From contig JAQUEL010000002.1 in the NCBI GenBank assembly GCA_028685295.1, positions 7,559 through 71,558 on the forward strand: a DNA stretch of 64,000 bases, in the 5' to 3' direction. The position numbers were made by a program, and so were the translations under genes. Below the pieces are notes generated by a model. That model made no database searches. It had not been told where the DNA came from and worked only from the letters and a program-made list of their open reading frames with translations. Shown in pieces: positions 1 through 9,996 of this stretch (its first letter is position 1; the number at the start of each line of letters is the position of its first letter). The stretch comes from a bacterium. Its GTDB lineage: Bacteria; UBP13; UBA5359.

Positions 1-886
1 AAATACGGCGATGTGGTATCTCAATCTTACTGGCTGCCGCTCTCACTTCTCCATCACTGATAGGCGAAGCTGATTCGGCTGCAGGAATAACGGCTTGCAG
101 CAGCATATGCCCTAATCTATTCACCTCTGAGAAGCCTCGTCCCTGTTCGGGATTATAGATATCTATATGGTTGATATTTCCGGTAGCACCGTTAAAGAAT
201 ATGGCTACACCACCAAAGTGCTTCTCCAGACCATCTATCAGAACACCGGGCCAGTCACGTGAGTAAAGAAAATTATCCCCGGCTAGAATAGCGGGATGGT
301 TGGCATAATTAACCAGCGTGGCTATACGTTCGCCTTCAGGAGAATCAAAATTCAGAACAATAATTTCCGAATCCTTCCTACCCACCGGCCCTTCTGCTTG
401 AGCAGGATCAAGCCCTTCCCAGTTCATACGAAGCGAGCCGTCCTTCATTCTGATGCGCCGAATATGTGCCATGTCATCGCATATACCCGTGCCCAGGCTG
501 ATAGTGACATCGGTCATGGAAGAGAACGCCGCCTCGCCGGCATCAGCGGCCGTCTTAAGCATATCGGCCATATATGCCGGATCACTTTTATAGAAAAGAT
601 CAGTAGCCGGTCCGGCGTGATTATGAATGGCCGCCACCAGAATATTGCCTTCCGGCAATCCAGTACGCCGAGCCAGGTCCTGCCTGATCTTTTTGACCTG
701 ATCATTCTTGATGGCGCAGATATCTAGAGAGATCAGCAGAGCGCTTTGCCTGCCGCCTCCTATAGCCAGCGCCCGGCAGAATAAGGGATCATGCACTCCT
801 TTGGCGCCTTCAACCCGTGTATTCCCCTCCATCATCAACCCCGGCGGCGGAGTAATATCCTTCTTCGCTATGCCTGCTTTATGCAT
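1..886 (-). CDS. Neutral/alkaline ceramidase N-terminal-like hydrolase (partial, runs off window start)
   Basis: Absent from the ORF track because there is no stop in the window. Manual translation from ATG at 886 (AGGGG upstream): MHKAGIAKKDITPPPG...GVHDPLFCRALA...LISLDIC...AIHNHAGP...LVNYANHPTIL...DWPG...FFNGATGNINH. This is the pattern of bacterial ceramidase-like proteins. Confidence 0.75.
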   Translation of the reverse strand, partial: MHKAGIAKKDITPPPGLMMEGNTRVEGAKGVHDPLFCRALAIGGGRQSALLISLDICAIKNDQVKKIRQDLARRTGLPEGNILVAAIHNHAGPATDLFYKSDPAYMADMLKTAADAGEAAFSSMTDVTISLGTGICDDMAHIRRIRMKDGSLRMNWEGLDPAQAEGPVGRKDSEIIVLNFDSPEGERIATLVNYANHPAILAGDNFLYSRDWPGVLIDGLEKHFGGVAIFFNGATGNINHIDIYNPEQGRGFSEVNRLGHMLLQAVIPAAESASPISDGEVRAAASKIEIPHRRI

Positions 887-938
887 CCAAGCTTTCCCCT
901 AACTTACCTACAAGCCTAGTAATAGAACCTTTACAGGC

Positions 939-967
939 AATTTATCAGATAATTTCCGATAAGTCAA
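939..967 (-). promoter_or_regulatory. Sigma70-type promoter for the ceramidase-like gene
   Basis: Minus strand TTGACT-17 nt-TAAATT; TTATC/GATAA repeats overlap the spacer. Confidence 0.5.
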
Positions 968-1353
968 TACAACACCATCAAAAGGCAACTCTTCAGGGCT
1001 TATTGCAACATAAACATATCCTGTGCACTGCTTTGGATAGGCGCTGGTCTCACTCAAAGATTAAAACGAAAAACAATTCTATTACTTATTCCGTGTACAC
1101 ACGATCTTGCGATAAGCAGAGGGTGTTATTTCCGTAATCCGTTTGAAATTATGATTAAATATGGGAATACCATTGAAGCCGATAATCCGTGGTGATATGT
1201 GTTTTGAAGAGCCTGGATAAATAGCCGGGTGATAAAGAAAAAGTCTTGGAGAAAGAGTTAAGGGCGATCTCTTGAGTGAACATGGTCTCTACGTAATTGA
1301 TCACGTTCCGCTTCTTTTATCTTTAGGGGCTGTAGCCAGGGGGCACCTCAAAG

Positions 1354-2532
1354 CTATATGGCCAGCACTCCTTCGACCTCGTAAACTTCTCTCAGAGCCA
1401 GGGCAGCCGCACCCAAAGCGGCTCCGTCATGCAGAGATGAAACCTGGACCGCCAGTTGGCGTAAAGAAGAGCTTAAAGTATGAACTGATAGATCCCGGCG
1501 TGCGCTTTCCACCAACGGAGAGTCTTCCCAGGCAAGGGGGCCGGCAAAGATCAACATACGTGGATTGAAGAGATTGACAGCATTGGCTACAGCCATGCCG
1601 ATATGCTCACCCGCCTGTTTAAGAAGATTTACAACCTCCGTATCGCCTACGGCAGCCGCCTCTTTCAACCTATTGAGATCCTCGGACGAATATCTGCCCG
1701 ATTGCCTGATGCCGGATATCTTTTCCAATAAGGCCCTGCCGGAGGCCAGAGTCTCCAGGCAGCCTCTGTTACCGCAATAACACAGCGGCCCGTCCCGCTT
1801 TATTACGGTATGCCCCATCTCCCCGGAACTGTTGCTCGTGCCACGATATATTCTGCCCTCACTGTAAATACCCAGGCCGATACCGATATCTATATCTACC
1901 AGTAGAAAGTTTTCCACTCCCCTTGCCCGGCCGAACCAGCTTTCGGCTATGGCCATGCTGCGGGAGGAATCCTCAATGCTTACCGGTATACCGTAGCGTT
2001 CGGCCAGCATATCGCCAACGGGAATATCTCTGAATCCCGGAATATTGACGCTCAATAGAAATCCGGAACCTTCCGGCATAATGACGCCGGGAGCAGCAAA
2101 GCCTATTTGCCTGGCAGCTCCGGATATTCCAATCAAGCTGTCTATCAGCCTAAAAACGGCTTCCATCAGGCTCTCTATGCCGGCATCGGGGCTTATATCC
2201 TGAGAACTTTCCGCCTGGATCGCTCCATCCAGACCGCATCGTACAGCTACAACCCTTCCCGGGCTCAAAGCCACTCCTATAAAAGACCCACTATTCGATC
2301 TGATTCTCAAAAGCTGCCTCGGCCGTCCTATAGCCGGATTGCTCAGACCACAGCTCTCCAGCCACCCTTCTGACAGCAACTCTCCGGTTATATTTGTAAG
2401 GCTCTTTGAATCCAGTCCCGTAGCCTCGGTCATTTCCGCCCGAGAGAGCGTGCCGTTGATACGCAATAGGTTCATGACCCTGGTCCGGTTGATGCGTTTC
2501 ATCAGGCTATGGTTGCCGATTAAATATTGCAA
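1354..2532 (-). CDS. ROK family transcriptional regulator (NagC/XylR-like)
   Basis: N-terminal HTH (LSRAEMTEATGL..IGRPR); ROK motifs GIGLGI, GEMGH and CYCGNRGCLE. Confidence 0.92.
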   Translation of the reverse strand: MQYLIGNHSLMKRINRTRVMNLLRINGTLSRAEMTEATGLDSKSLTNITGELLSEGWLESCGLSNPAIGRPRQLLRIRSNSGSFIGVALSPGRVVAVRCGLDGAIQAESSQDISPDAGIESLMEAVFRLIDSLIGISGAARQIGFAAPGVIMPEGSGFLLSVNIPGFRDIPVGDMLAERYGIPVSIEDSSRSMAIAESWFGRARGVENFLLVDIDIGIGLGIYSEGRIYRGTSNSSGEMGHTVIKRDGPLCYCGNRGCLETLASGRALLEKISGIRQSGRYSSEDLNRLKEAAAVGDTEVVNLLKQAGEHIGMAVANAVNLFNPRMLIFAGPLAWEDSPLVESARRDLSVHTLSSSLRQLAVQVSSLHDGAALGAAALALREVYEVEGVLAI

Positions 2533-2675
2533 GAGAATACTCCGTCAGTATATATGCTGACGATATTATATCACAAGATCGTCCTGAGCAGAGCAACGAT
2601 ACAGGCCAAGTCCTCTTCTGTCCGGTCACCGAAAGGAAGAGAGCTTTGCCGCCTATTATTTTCCTGATTGTTAGG

Positions 2676-3545
2676 TTATTTAATCCAGCCTTTGAGATAA
2701 GGAACAGGGTTTACGGCACTACCATTTTTACGCACCTCAAAGTGCAAATGCGGTCCGGTGGATACGCCCGTTGACCCACTCTTGGCTATGACCTGTCCTC
2801 GGGTGACCCTCTGTCCCGGCTTGACTAAGAGAACGGAATTATGGCCGTAACGGGTGGTTAACCCATTTCCGTGATCTATAATGACCAGATTGCCGTAACC
2901 ACCGGCCTTTCTGGCCAGGATAACCTTGCCGCCACGGCAGGCCTTGACCGTTGTTCCGGTAGATACCGCTATATCCAAACCGGCATGCAGACGCTTGCTT
3001 CTCGATACCGGATGTACCCTTAAGCCGAAACGCGATGTAATGCGTCCGCTGGAAACCGGCCGTAGAAAGCGTTGTGGTTTGGAAACCTGCTTCTTCGGCG
3101 ATGTAACCTGCAACCGGCCGCCCGGAACGATCAATCTGGCACCGGGTACTAATCCTTCATGATCATCGATATCAGGATTGGCATTCAGCAATGCCTCCAG
3201 AGGAATTTTATAAAGAGCAGCTATCTCATCAAGAGTCTGTCCCTCTTCCACATCGTGAATAACACCATCTACGGGTGGTAGATTGAGTATTTGATTTACC
3301 TTGATAAGGTCCGGATTCACAATATTATTGGACCATTGTAATGTGGTAAGCTGTAAACCGTGCATCTCGGCGATCTTACGTAGAGTATCGCCCTTTTTAA
3401 CTACATAGGTAGATATTATTCCCGGCTTAAGTGCCGCTTTACCGGAATTAACACCACCATCACTATCCTGAGCTTCGACCGGTTGCTGACCGCCGGCCAT
3501 GCCTAGATAGATAGCAGCCGCTGCTGCCAGCAGCTTGATATCCAT
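2676..3545 (-). CDS. Secreted LysM-domain M23 peptidase (cell-wall endopeptidase)
   Basis: Signal peptide; two LysM repeats (YVVKKGDTLRKIA, HDVEEGQTLDEIA); M23 motifs HAGLD, YGH and HLHFEV. Confidence 0.93.
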   Translation of the reverse strand: MDIKLLAAAAAIYLGMAGGQQPVEAQDSDGGVNSGKAALKPGIISTYVVKKGDTLRKIAEMHGLQLTTLQWSNNIVNPDLIKVNQILNLPPVDGVIHDVEEGQTLDEIAALYKIPLEALLNANPDIDDHEGLVPGARLIVPGGRLQVTSPKKQVSKPQRFLRPVSSGRITSRFGLRVHPVSRSKRLHAGLDIAVSTGTTVKACRGGKVILARKAGGYGNLVIIDHGNGLTTRYGHNSVLLVKPGQRVTRGQVIAKSGSTGVSTGPHLHFEVRKNGSAVNPVPYLKGWIK

Positions 3546-3561
3546 TTTTTACCTTCCCCCA

Positions 3562-3680
3562 TATTGCCGACGAGGTTAGCTGACGGGTAACGGCCGGTGG
3601 ATAGCCTATTCGCCCAAGCGAAATTCACCCCTAACAACGGTTCCCCCGTTCTTCTTGTGAAGATTAGGCTTTATTTGGGC
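3562..3680 (-). ncRNA. c-di-AMP (ydaO/yuaA) riboswitch
   Basis: Minus strand reads ...AATC...GAACGGGGGAACC...GGGGTGAAT...TAGG...CCCGTCAGCTAACCTCGTCGGC, the hallmark segments of the ydaO/yuaA aptamer. It lies directly upstream of a LysM/M23 gene, a typical target. Boundaries are approximate. Confidence 0.9.
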
Positions 3681-3836
3681 CTATGTTACATGATTGATAT
3701 TTTTGTGTCAAGAATAGCTGTAATAGCTATTGTATGCTTGTAACTCTAACAATTGCTTGGTATATATGATGAATTCACCACTGCAAAAACAGGCATTTAT
3801 GGATACTTTTTTGCTCTTCTTGGATCTTTCGTGTTT

Positions 3837-4763
3837 TTAAGACAAGGGTTCAACGCTGTAGCTTACTCTGATCGTCCTTGTCTCTCCAGGCTGCAGTATA
3901 TTGAGAGTGCCGGCACCCTCCCAGCCCGGCCGACATAAGGTTTCATAAGCGCCCAATCCTCTGGTCCAGGGTTCTATGCAGACAAAGGAGGCGCCGGCCG
4001 TGGAAAAAACTACCAGTGCTTCTATCCAATCATCGAAATCAATATGGATAACCCTGGCTGCACCGGTATCCGTAAGCGATGCCCTATGTCCGCACATGCC
4101 GCTGAAGACAGCATCATACTGTACGCCATCTTCCAGCATCAAAGTAGAGTCTACCGGCACAACAGCGCCTGTCGGTACAAGAGATTCCGGATCCAGTTGC
4201 AAGCGCTGGCTACAAGGCAGATCAATTTTTACTCCCTGCCGGGAATTGTCCGAGAGTGCAAAATAAGAATGATAACCAAAGGCTAAAGGTGCCGGTGTTG
4301 CTCCTGCATTCCTAAAAAATGCTGTTGCAGAAAGATTGCCTGGGACTATGGTATAAGCAAGCCTGAAATCGATATCAAAAGGGTAGTATCTCCCTCTTAT
4401 CTCCCTGGGTATGCAACATCCATACTCAACCCTGATAGTACTCTCTTTCACCTGTTCCGCCGTCTTTTTCCAAACGGCATCCGGTAGAATACCATGGATA
4501 GGCATTCTATACTCTTCTTCCAGGCCGTATATTCTATAACTCTCCGGCCGAGGTTTATCACCGCTCCTGTCCCAGGTGCGACCTACGGAAGGGAAGAGTA
4601 CCGGATTGCCGCCTTTGTAAAATTTTCCCCTCTCGCCCGGAACTCCTTTGGGACGGTAGAAAACCTCTCGGCCGCCGACATGCCAGGAGAAGAGGTTACA
4701 ACCAAAATCAGGAGCTATGGAAAATGAGCTTCCATCGTTAAGAGAATAACGATCGATCTTCAA
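3837..4763 (-). CDS. Aldose 1-epimerase family protein
   Basis: Motifs GGNPVLFP, HG, GYHSYF and VCIEPW. Confidence 0.88.
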   Translation of the reverse strand: MKIDRYSLNDGSSFSIAPDFGCNLFSWHVGGREVFYRPKGVPGERGKFYKGGNPVLFPSVGRTWDRSGDKPRPESYRIYGLEEEYRMPIHGILPDAVWKKTAEQVKESTIRVEYGCCIPREIRGRYYPFDIDFRLAYTIVPGNLSATAFFRNAGATPAPLAFGYHSYFALSDNSRQGVKIDLPCSQRLQLDPESLVPTGAVVPVDSTLMLEDGVQYDAVFSGMCGHRASLTDTGAARVIHIDFDDWIEALVVFSTAGASFVCIEPWTRGLGAYETLCRPGWEGAGTLNILQPGETRTIRVSYSVEPLS

Positions 4764-4775
4764 ATCCGCCTCCTC

Positions 4776-6080
4776 CTACTTTACCTTATCCGCCCAGGCA
4801 TCCCTGATAACATCCCAATAATTATAGCGCTCTATCCAGTAGAGATCGAATAACATCACACCCTGACCTTTGTGCCTGATCAACTTTATCGCCTGTTTCA
4901 GCCGCTCCGGCTTGTTCTTATACATCAGCATATAGAGCCCGCCTATCAATGGAGTTTTCTTCCGAGTTACCCAGTAAGCCATATCCATGGCCCCTTCCAC
5001 TGTGGGCAGATTGGGATTGTCATTGACCTCCGCCCTGGTAATACGGTCGAAATAATATCCCAGCATCATGCAATCGTAAATCTCTGCCATTCCAGTCTGG
5101 TGATAATCAGAAGAAGCCAGAGAACTGGTAGGTCTGAACTCATTGCTGGCCCAGTTAACGCCCATTCCCCAGTGATGCCTGTACCATCCGCCATAGTAGG
5201 CGCTAAAAGCGCATTTCTGGCGAGCCTTGGTTACCGTCACTTTGGCTTTCTCTGCAAAATCTCTGATTACCTGAGATCTCCATTTAAGCCACTTTGTCCT
5301 CCAGATCCCGCCACCAAAAACATCATCAGGCCATACGGCCACCCGGCAACCGATATATTGCTCAAAGGCCTGCCGGCTGGCCGGGCTGAAATCGGCGTTA
5401 AAATCAGCAAAGCGGCAATAATCAAGGCAAATGCCGTCAAGGGCATATTTTTCTGCAATCTCGCGAAGAAGGCTCAATTCATAATCCTGAACCTCTTTAA
5501 TTACCGGATTTACAAAAACAAAGGGATAGCTGGAGGATATCTTTTGCATCTTCTCACTTCTGTATATTACTGTTTCCCAATCAGGATGGAGAAAAACCGG
5601 ACCTATGCGATAATCAGCTCCGGCCCTGAGAGTGCCTTCTGTAAAGACGGGGAAGCCGGCATATACCTTAAGTCCAAAGCGACGTCCCGTCTCCAGAACA
5701 TCCTTTACGGCATCAAAACCGGCAGGAAAATTACAGGCCTGGGGCGTACCTTTGGCAAGCTCGCTCCAAAGGCTCATATGAGGTGCAATACGGCTGGGGT
5801 AGAGCACCAGCCCACTGACATCCTTTACACTCAGGACTACAGTATCAGCACCCGAGGCTTTTATCCTTGTCATAAAAGCCTCTATGTTTTCATGACTTGA
5901 TAAGCGCTGACAATTAGCATAGGCATCTATCCAGATCGCCTTAGCGGGCAATCTATTTCCAACAGCTGTAGGTGCTCCCGTTATATCTTCCGCCTGCGAC
6001 CATCCGGTAAAAAACATTCTACATGCTACAACGGCAACGATTATGGCCCTGAATATAGATCGTCTCATTAAGCATAACAT
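4776..6080 (-). CDS. Secreted glycoside hydrolase, GHL10/DUF187-like TIM barrel
   Basis: Signal peptide; VKDVSG..YPS, FVNP..KEVQDY, YALDGICLDYCRF and D..M.GYY patterns. Confidence 0.75.
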   Translation of the reverse strand: MLCLMRRSIFRAIIVAVVACRMFFTGWSQAEDITGAPTAVGNRLPAKAIWIDAYANCQRLSSHENIEAFMTRIKASGADTVVLSVKDVSGLVLYPSRIAPHMSLWSELAKGTPQACNFPAGFDAVKDVLETGRRFGLKVYAGFPVFTEGTLRAGADYRIGPVFLHPDWETVIYRSEKMQKISSSYPFVFVNPVIKEVQDYELSLLREIAEKYALDGICLDYCRFADFNADFSPASRQAFEQYIGCRVAVWPDDVFGGGIWRTKWLKWRSQVIRDFAEKAKVTVTKARQKCAFSAYYGGWYRHHWGMGVNWASNEFRPTSSLASSDYHQTGMAEIYDCMMLGYYFDRITRAEVNDNPNLPTVEGAMDMAYWVTRKKTPLIGGLYMLMYKNKPERLKQAIKLIRHKGQGVMLFDLYWIERYNYWDVIRDAWADKVK

Positions 6081-6199
6081 CCCTTACGAATTCCCTCTTG
6101 GTATTCAACGCAGACAAGCTGAAATCCTACCTGGTAAGGTTTACCGTCTGCCTGGTAAGGGTAGAATTTCAAAAGAGTGTATCATCAAGGAGGTTTCTC

Positions 6200-8671
6200 A
6201 TGAATAAAATCAATGAGGTTCCAGTAGAAAATCTGAGGCATTACGTAAACCCGGAGCAATTCGATTTTGAAACCACCAAGGATATAGCCCCGCTTACCGG
6301 CACCGTTGGCCAGGAGAGAGCTATCAGCGCTCTTAATTTCGGCTTTAACATCAAGACAGGAGGTTTTAATATCTATGCTGCCGGAGCCAAAGGAACGGGC
6401 AAAAATTCTACTATCAAGGCCTTTGTGCATGATAAGGCTCGACAGGAAGACCCTCATTGTGACTGGGTTTATGTTAACAATTTTAAGGAGACTGATAAAC
6501 CTAAGACCATCAGCGTTCCTACCGGCAAAGGTCCGGAACTGGCCGCAGATATGGACCAGTTGATAGCTGCCTGTAAAGAAGAGATCCCGCGTGCTTTTGA
6601 GAATGAAGATTATGATAAACGCAAGAGCGAGATCCTTAAGGATGTTCAAAAACGCCGCGACGAAATTCTTACGGAAATTCAGGCCATAGCTGAGAATAGC
6701 GGCTTCATAATAGAGATGACCAATATGGGGATTGTCACCGTTCCTGCCAAAAAAGGCAAACCTATGTCCAGAGATGAGTTTGAAGCTCTGGATAAAGATG
6801 AGAAGGACCGTTTGCAGGACAAGCTTATCAACCTTCAGACAGAGATCGGCCAGGCTCAGAATAAGGCCAGAAAGCTGGAACAAGAGGCAGAAGAGAAAAT
6901 ACGCAGCCTGGATAAAGAGGTGGCGCTCTTTGCTATTGGACATCTGCTGGATAGAATACGAGATGATTATAAAGAATGCTCCAAGGTAATAGATTATTTA
7001 GGCGAAGTGCAGAATGATATTATCGAACATCTGGATAATTTCAAACATGTCGCACGGCCGGAGGGAGCTACAGATGGCCAGCTTGCTTTGATGCAGGCGT
7101 TAGGACAGGGGGAGCCTACCTTCGATCAATATAAGGTCAACGTTTTTATAACCAACGGTCATGCTGAGGGTGCTCCTGTGGTTATTGAGAATAACCCGAC
7201 ATATTATAATCTGATAGGCCGGATAGATTACGATGCTAAGTTCGGCGTCATGACCACCAACTTCAATTTAGTCAAGCCTGGAGCTATTCACAGAGCCAAC
7301 GGTGGCTATCTGGTACTGCAGGCGCTGGATCTGCTGATGAACTTTCAATCATGGGACGCTTTAAAAAGAGTGTTGAGAAGCGGTGAGATTACCATAGAGA
7401 ATATCGGTGATCAATACCGTCCTATCCCCACTTCCACTCTAAAACCCGAACCTATTCCGGTCAATGTCAAGGTCATCCTCATCGGGAATCCGATGATCTA
7501 TCATCTGCTTTACGCCTATGACGAGGATTTTCCCAAACTTTTCAAGGTTAAGGCCGATTTCGGGCCGGATATGAATCGTAATGACGAGCATATACATGAA
7601 TATGCCTCGTTTATCACTGCCCGTGTCAATGAAGCCGGATTAAAGCATTTTCATAAGAGCGGTGTGGCCAGAATAGTGGAGTATGGCTCCCGTCTGATTG
7701 AGAACCAGAAGAAGCTCTCCACACGTTTTATCGAAATATCGGATATCATCAGCGAAGCCAGTTACTGGGCCGATAAGGATAACAGCGAGTATGTCATGGC
7801 CCGACATGTAGAAAAAGCGCTGTACGAGAAAAAATATCGCTCCAGCATGATAGAAGAACGCCTGCAGGAGATGATCAACGAAGGTACTCTGCTTATCGAT
7901 ACTGAGGGCGCTGTCGTGGGGCAGGTCAACGGTTTATCCGTGCTGGATATTGGAGATTATATGTTCGGCAAGCCTTCCCGCATCACCGCCAAGACATTTG
8001 TCGGACGGTCAGGAGTAACCAACATTGAGCGGGAAACAGCTATGGGCGGTCCGATACATAATAAAGGTGTCATGATCCTAACCGGATACCTGGGAAGCAA
8101 ATTCGCTGTTGATAAGCCCCTGGCTCTATCCGCCAGCATCACTTTCGAGCAGGAATATGGTGGAGTGGAAGGAGATAGCGCTTCCAGTACAGAGCTTTAT
8201 GCCATATTATCAAGCCTGGCGGAGGTGCCCATCAGACAAAATCTGGCGGTTACCGGATCCGTCAATCAAAAAGGAGAGATTCAGCCTATAGGAGGCGTCA
8301 ATCAGAAGATCGAAGGTTTTTTCGATGTCTGTCGCCTACGCGGCCTGACAGGAGATCAGGGCATTATGATCCCTCACCAGAATGTCAAGCATTTGATGTT
8401 GAGAAATGATATCATAGAAGCCGTTAAGAACGGAAGTTTTCATATCTTCCCCGTAAAATCCATAGATGAAGGCATCGAAATACTCACCGATATGGAAGCC
8501 GGGGCCAGAGATGAAAACGGGAAATATCCGGAGAACAGCATCTTTGGCAAAGCTGACAATAAGATCCAGCAATTTACCGATATCATGCGTATTTTTGGCG
8601 GCGGCGAAGATACGGAAGAGCGTAAGAAAGGTAAGATGGGCATGGCTGCAGAGGGAATAGACGAAGAATAA
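6200..8671 (+). CDS. Lon-like protease (LonC/AAA_32 plus S16 Lon_C domain)
   Basis: GQERA, GAKGTGK, coiled-coil insert, GAIHRANGGYL, catalytic GDSAS Ser and GGVNQKIEGF Lys. Start set at ATG 6200 after AGGAGG. Confidence 0.92.
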   Translation: MNKINEVPVENLRHYVNPEQFDFETTKDIAPLTGTVGQERAISALNFGFNIKTGGFNIYAAGAKGTGKNSTIKAFVHDKARQEDPHCDWVYVNNFKETDKPKTISVPTGKGPELAADMDQLIAACKEEIPRAFENEDYDKRKSEILKDVQKRRDEILTEIQAIAENSGFIIEMTNMGIVTVPAKKGKPMSRDEFEALDKDEKDRLQDKLINLQTEIGQAQNKARKLEQEAEEKIRSLDKEVALFAIGHLLDRIRDDYKECSKVIDYLGEVQNDIIEHLDNFKHVARPEGATDGQLALMQALGQGEPTFDQYKVNVFITNGHAEGAPVVIENNPTYYNLIGRIDYDAKFGVMTTNFNLVKPGAIHRANGGYLVLQALDLLMNFQSWDALKRVLRSGEITIENIGDQYRPIPTSTLKPEPIPVNVKVILIGNPMIYHLLYAYDEDFPKLFKVKADFGPDMNRNDEHIHEYASFITARVNEAGLKHFHKSGVARIVEYGSRLIENQKKLSTRFIEISDIISEASYWADKDNSEYVMARHVEKALYEKKYRSSMIEERLQEMINEGTLLIDTEGAVVGQVNGLSVLDIGDYMFGKPSRITAKTFVGRSGVTNIERETAMGGPIHNKGVMILTGYLGSKFAVDKPLALSASITFEQEYGGVEGDSASSTELYAILSSLAEVPIRQNLAVTGSVNQKGEIQPIGGVNQKIEGFFDVCRLRGLTGDQGIMIPHQNVKHLMLRNDIIEAVKNGSFHIFPVKSIDEGIEILTDMEAGARDENGKYPENSIFGKADNKIQQFTDIMRIFGGGEDTEERKKGKMGMAAEGIDEE

Positions 8672-8678
8672 GCTGTTA

Positions 8679-8712
8679 CCCCCTGGCACCCAAGCGCCAG
8701 GGGGCTTTCTTT
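8679..8712 (+). terminator. Intrinsic terminator between convergent lon-like and M50 genes
   Basis: 9-bp stem CCCCCTGGC/GCCAGGGGG followed by CTTTCTTT. Confidence 0.7.
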
Positions 8713-9871
8713 ATCCACCCATTTGCTGTTTCATACTGATCAATCCGGCAATATCCTTGCGGCTGACGATACCTTCAAGCCCATCATCGCCAATAACCAG
8801 CAAACGCCCCGTATCGCCCTGGGCAATTCTCTCCAGAGCTTCAAAAGCATCATCATCGGGAGCCACTTCAAGATCGGAGGTCAGTGGACGTGCTGCCTGC
8901 CCGGCAGTAGTGCTGGGCCAATGATCGCGAGACACATCCTTAATGTCATTGAAAACCACCAGGCCGACCAGCCGTTCATCTCTTAATACCGGAAATGCAG
9001 CGTGCTTGTAACGAAAAAAGTATTCCTCTACCAGGTGATCCAAAGTTATCTCAGCCGGAACTGTAATCACCTCTCTTGTCATAATCTGTCTTACCTTGAC
9101 CTCTCCAAGAGAGCGCCTGATCAGTAATTGCTGATAGCTTTGCTGAGCTGCATTCTGCAGAAACCAACCTATAAGAACCAGCCATATGCCGCTGAAATTC
9201 CCGGCCAGCACCGATAGGATACCGAAGAATATCAGAGTATAGGCCACGCCTATACCTACATAAGAGGCTATACGGGTAGACCGGGTCAGATCACCGGTAA
9301 CCCTCCATATAATAGATCTCAATACTCTGCCTCCATCCAGGGGAAAACCGGGCACAAGATTGAACACCGCCAGAACAAGATTGATAACGGTCAGATAAAT
9401 ACTTAGGCCTACCAGTAATACGCCCCAGTCCTGAGTAGCTGCCAGTCTGGCGATGGCATAGAAGATCACGGCCATCACCAGGCTTGTCAACGGCCCGACT
9501 ATAGCCATTTTGAATTCAGCAGCCGCAGAGCCGGGTTCATCCATCATCTGGGAAGCTCCGCCGAAAATAAAGAGTGTGATCCCTGATATGGGAATATTGT
9601 TGCGCCTAGCTACTACGGAATGCATCAATTCATGTATCAGTACCGAAGCAAAGAGCAGCAAGGAAGCAATGGCGCCCAGCAACCAATGTGCCACCGGGCT
9701 GCGGGTGGGAAATATCTGTGGAAAATATCCGGCAGCCAGTGCATAAGTCAAGAGAATGAAGATTATAAACCAGCTGTAATCAACATATATCGGTATACCG
9801 GCTACCCTACCCAAAAAAAACCCGTTCTGCAGCTGCAGCGGTTGCGCCGTCCCGCGGTTTTCACCATTCAT
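8711..9871 (-). CDS. Site-2 protease (M50) with tandem CBS domains
   Basis: HELMH zinc motif, AGP-like VGP, FNLVPGFPLDGG, C-terminal CBS pair. Start set after GGAGGT. Confidence 0.92.
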   Translation of the reverse strand: MNGENRGTAQPLQLQNGFFLGRVAGIPIYVDYSWFIIFILLTYALAAGYFPQIFPTRSPVAHWLLGAIASLLLFASVLIHELMHSVVARRNNIPISGITLFIFGGASQMMDEPGSAAAEFKMAIVGPLTSLVMAVIFYAIARLAATQDWGVLLVGLSIYLTVINLVLAVFNLVPGFPLDGGRVLRSIIWRVTGDLTRSTRIASYVGIGVAYTLIFFGILSVLAGNFSGIWLVLIGWFLQNAAQQSYQQLLIRRSLGEVKVRQIMTREVITVPAEITLDHLVEEYFFRYKHAAFPVLRDERLVGLVVFNDIKDVSRDHWPSTTAGQAARPLTSDLEVAPDDDAFEALERIAQGDTGRLLVIGDDGLEGIVSRKDIAGLISMKQQMGG

Positions 9872-9996
9872 CGGTAACACCTCCCGGGATATTCTTACCC
9901 GGAGGATTACGGTTCAAACACCAAGGATTATCCATAAATAAGTATAAAACCCTGGAGGTTATGCCTCCCTTTAGGTCAGGTGTCTAAAAGAGCTGC

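Noticed and set aside
296-727. Plus-strand 143-aa ORF (and the minus-strand 514-705 ORF)
   Set aside because: They shadow the real minus-strand ceramidase-like gene (1-886) and have no recognisable motifs.
1272-1568. 98-aa plus-strand ORF
   Set aside because: Mostly antisense to the ROK regulator; no family features.
4872-5900. Long 342-aa plus-strand ORF
   Set aside because: Fully antisense to the GHL10 hydrolase and without motifs; most likely a codon-bias shadow.
6130-6160. Direct repeat CCTGGTAAGG x2 upstream of the lon-like gene
   Set aside because: Does not match the CtsR or CIRCE consensus I know; two copies are too weak to call an operator.
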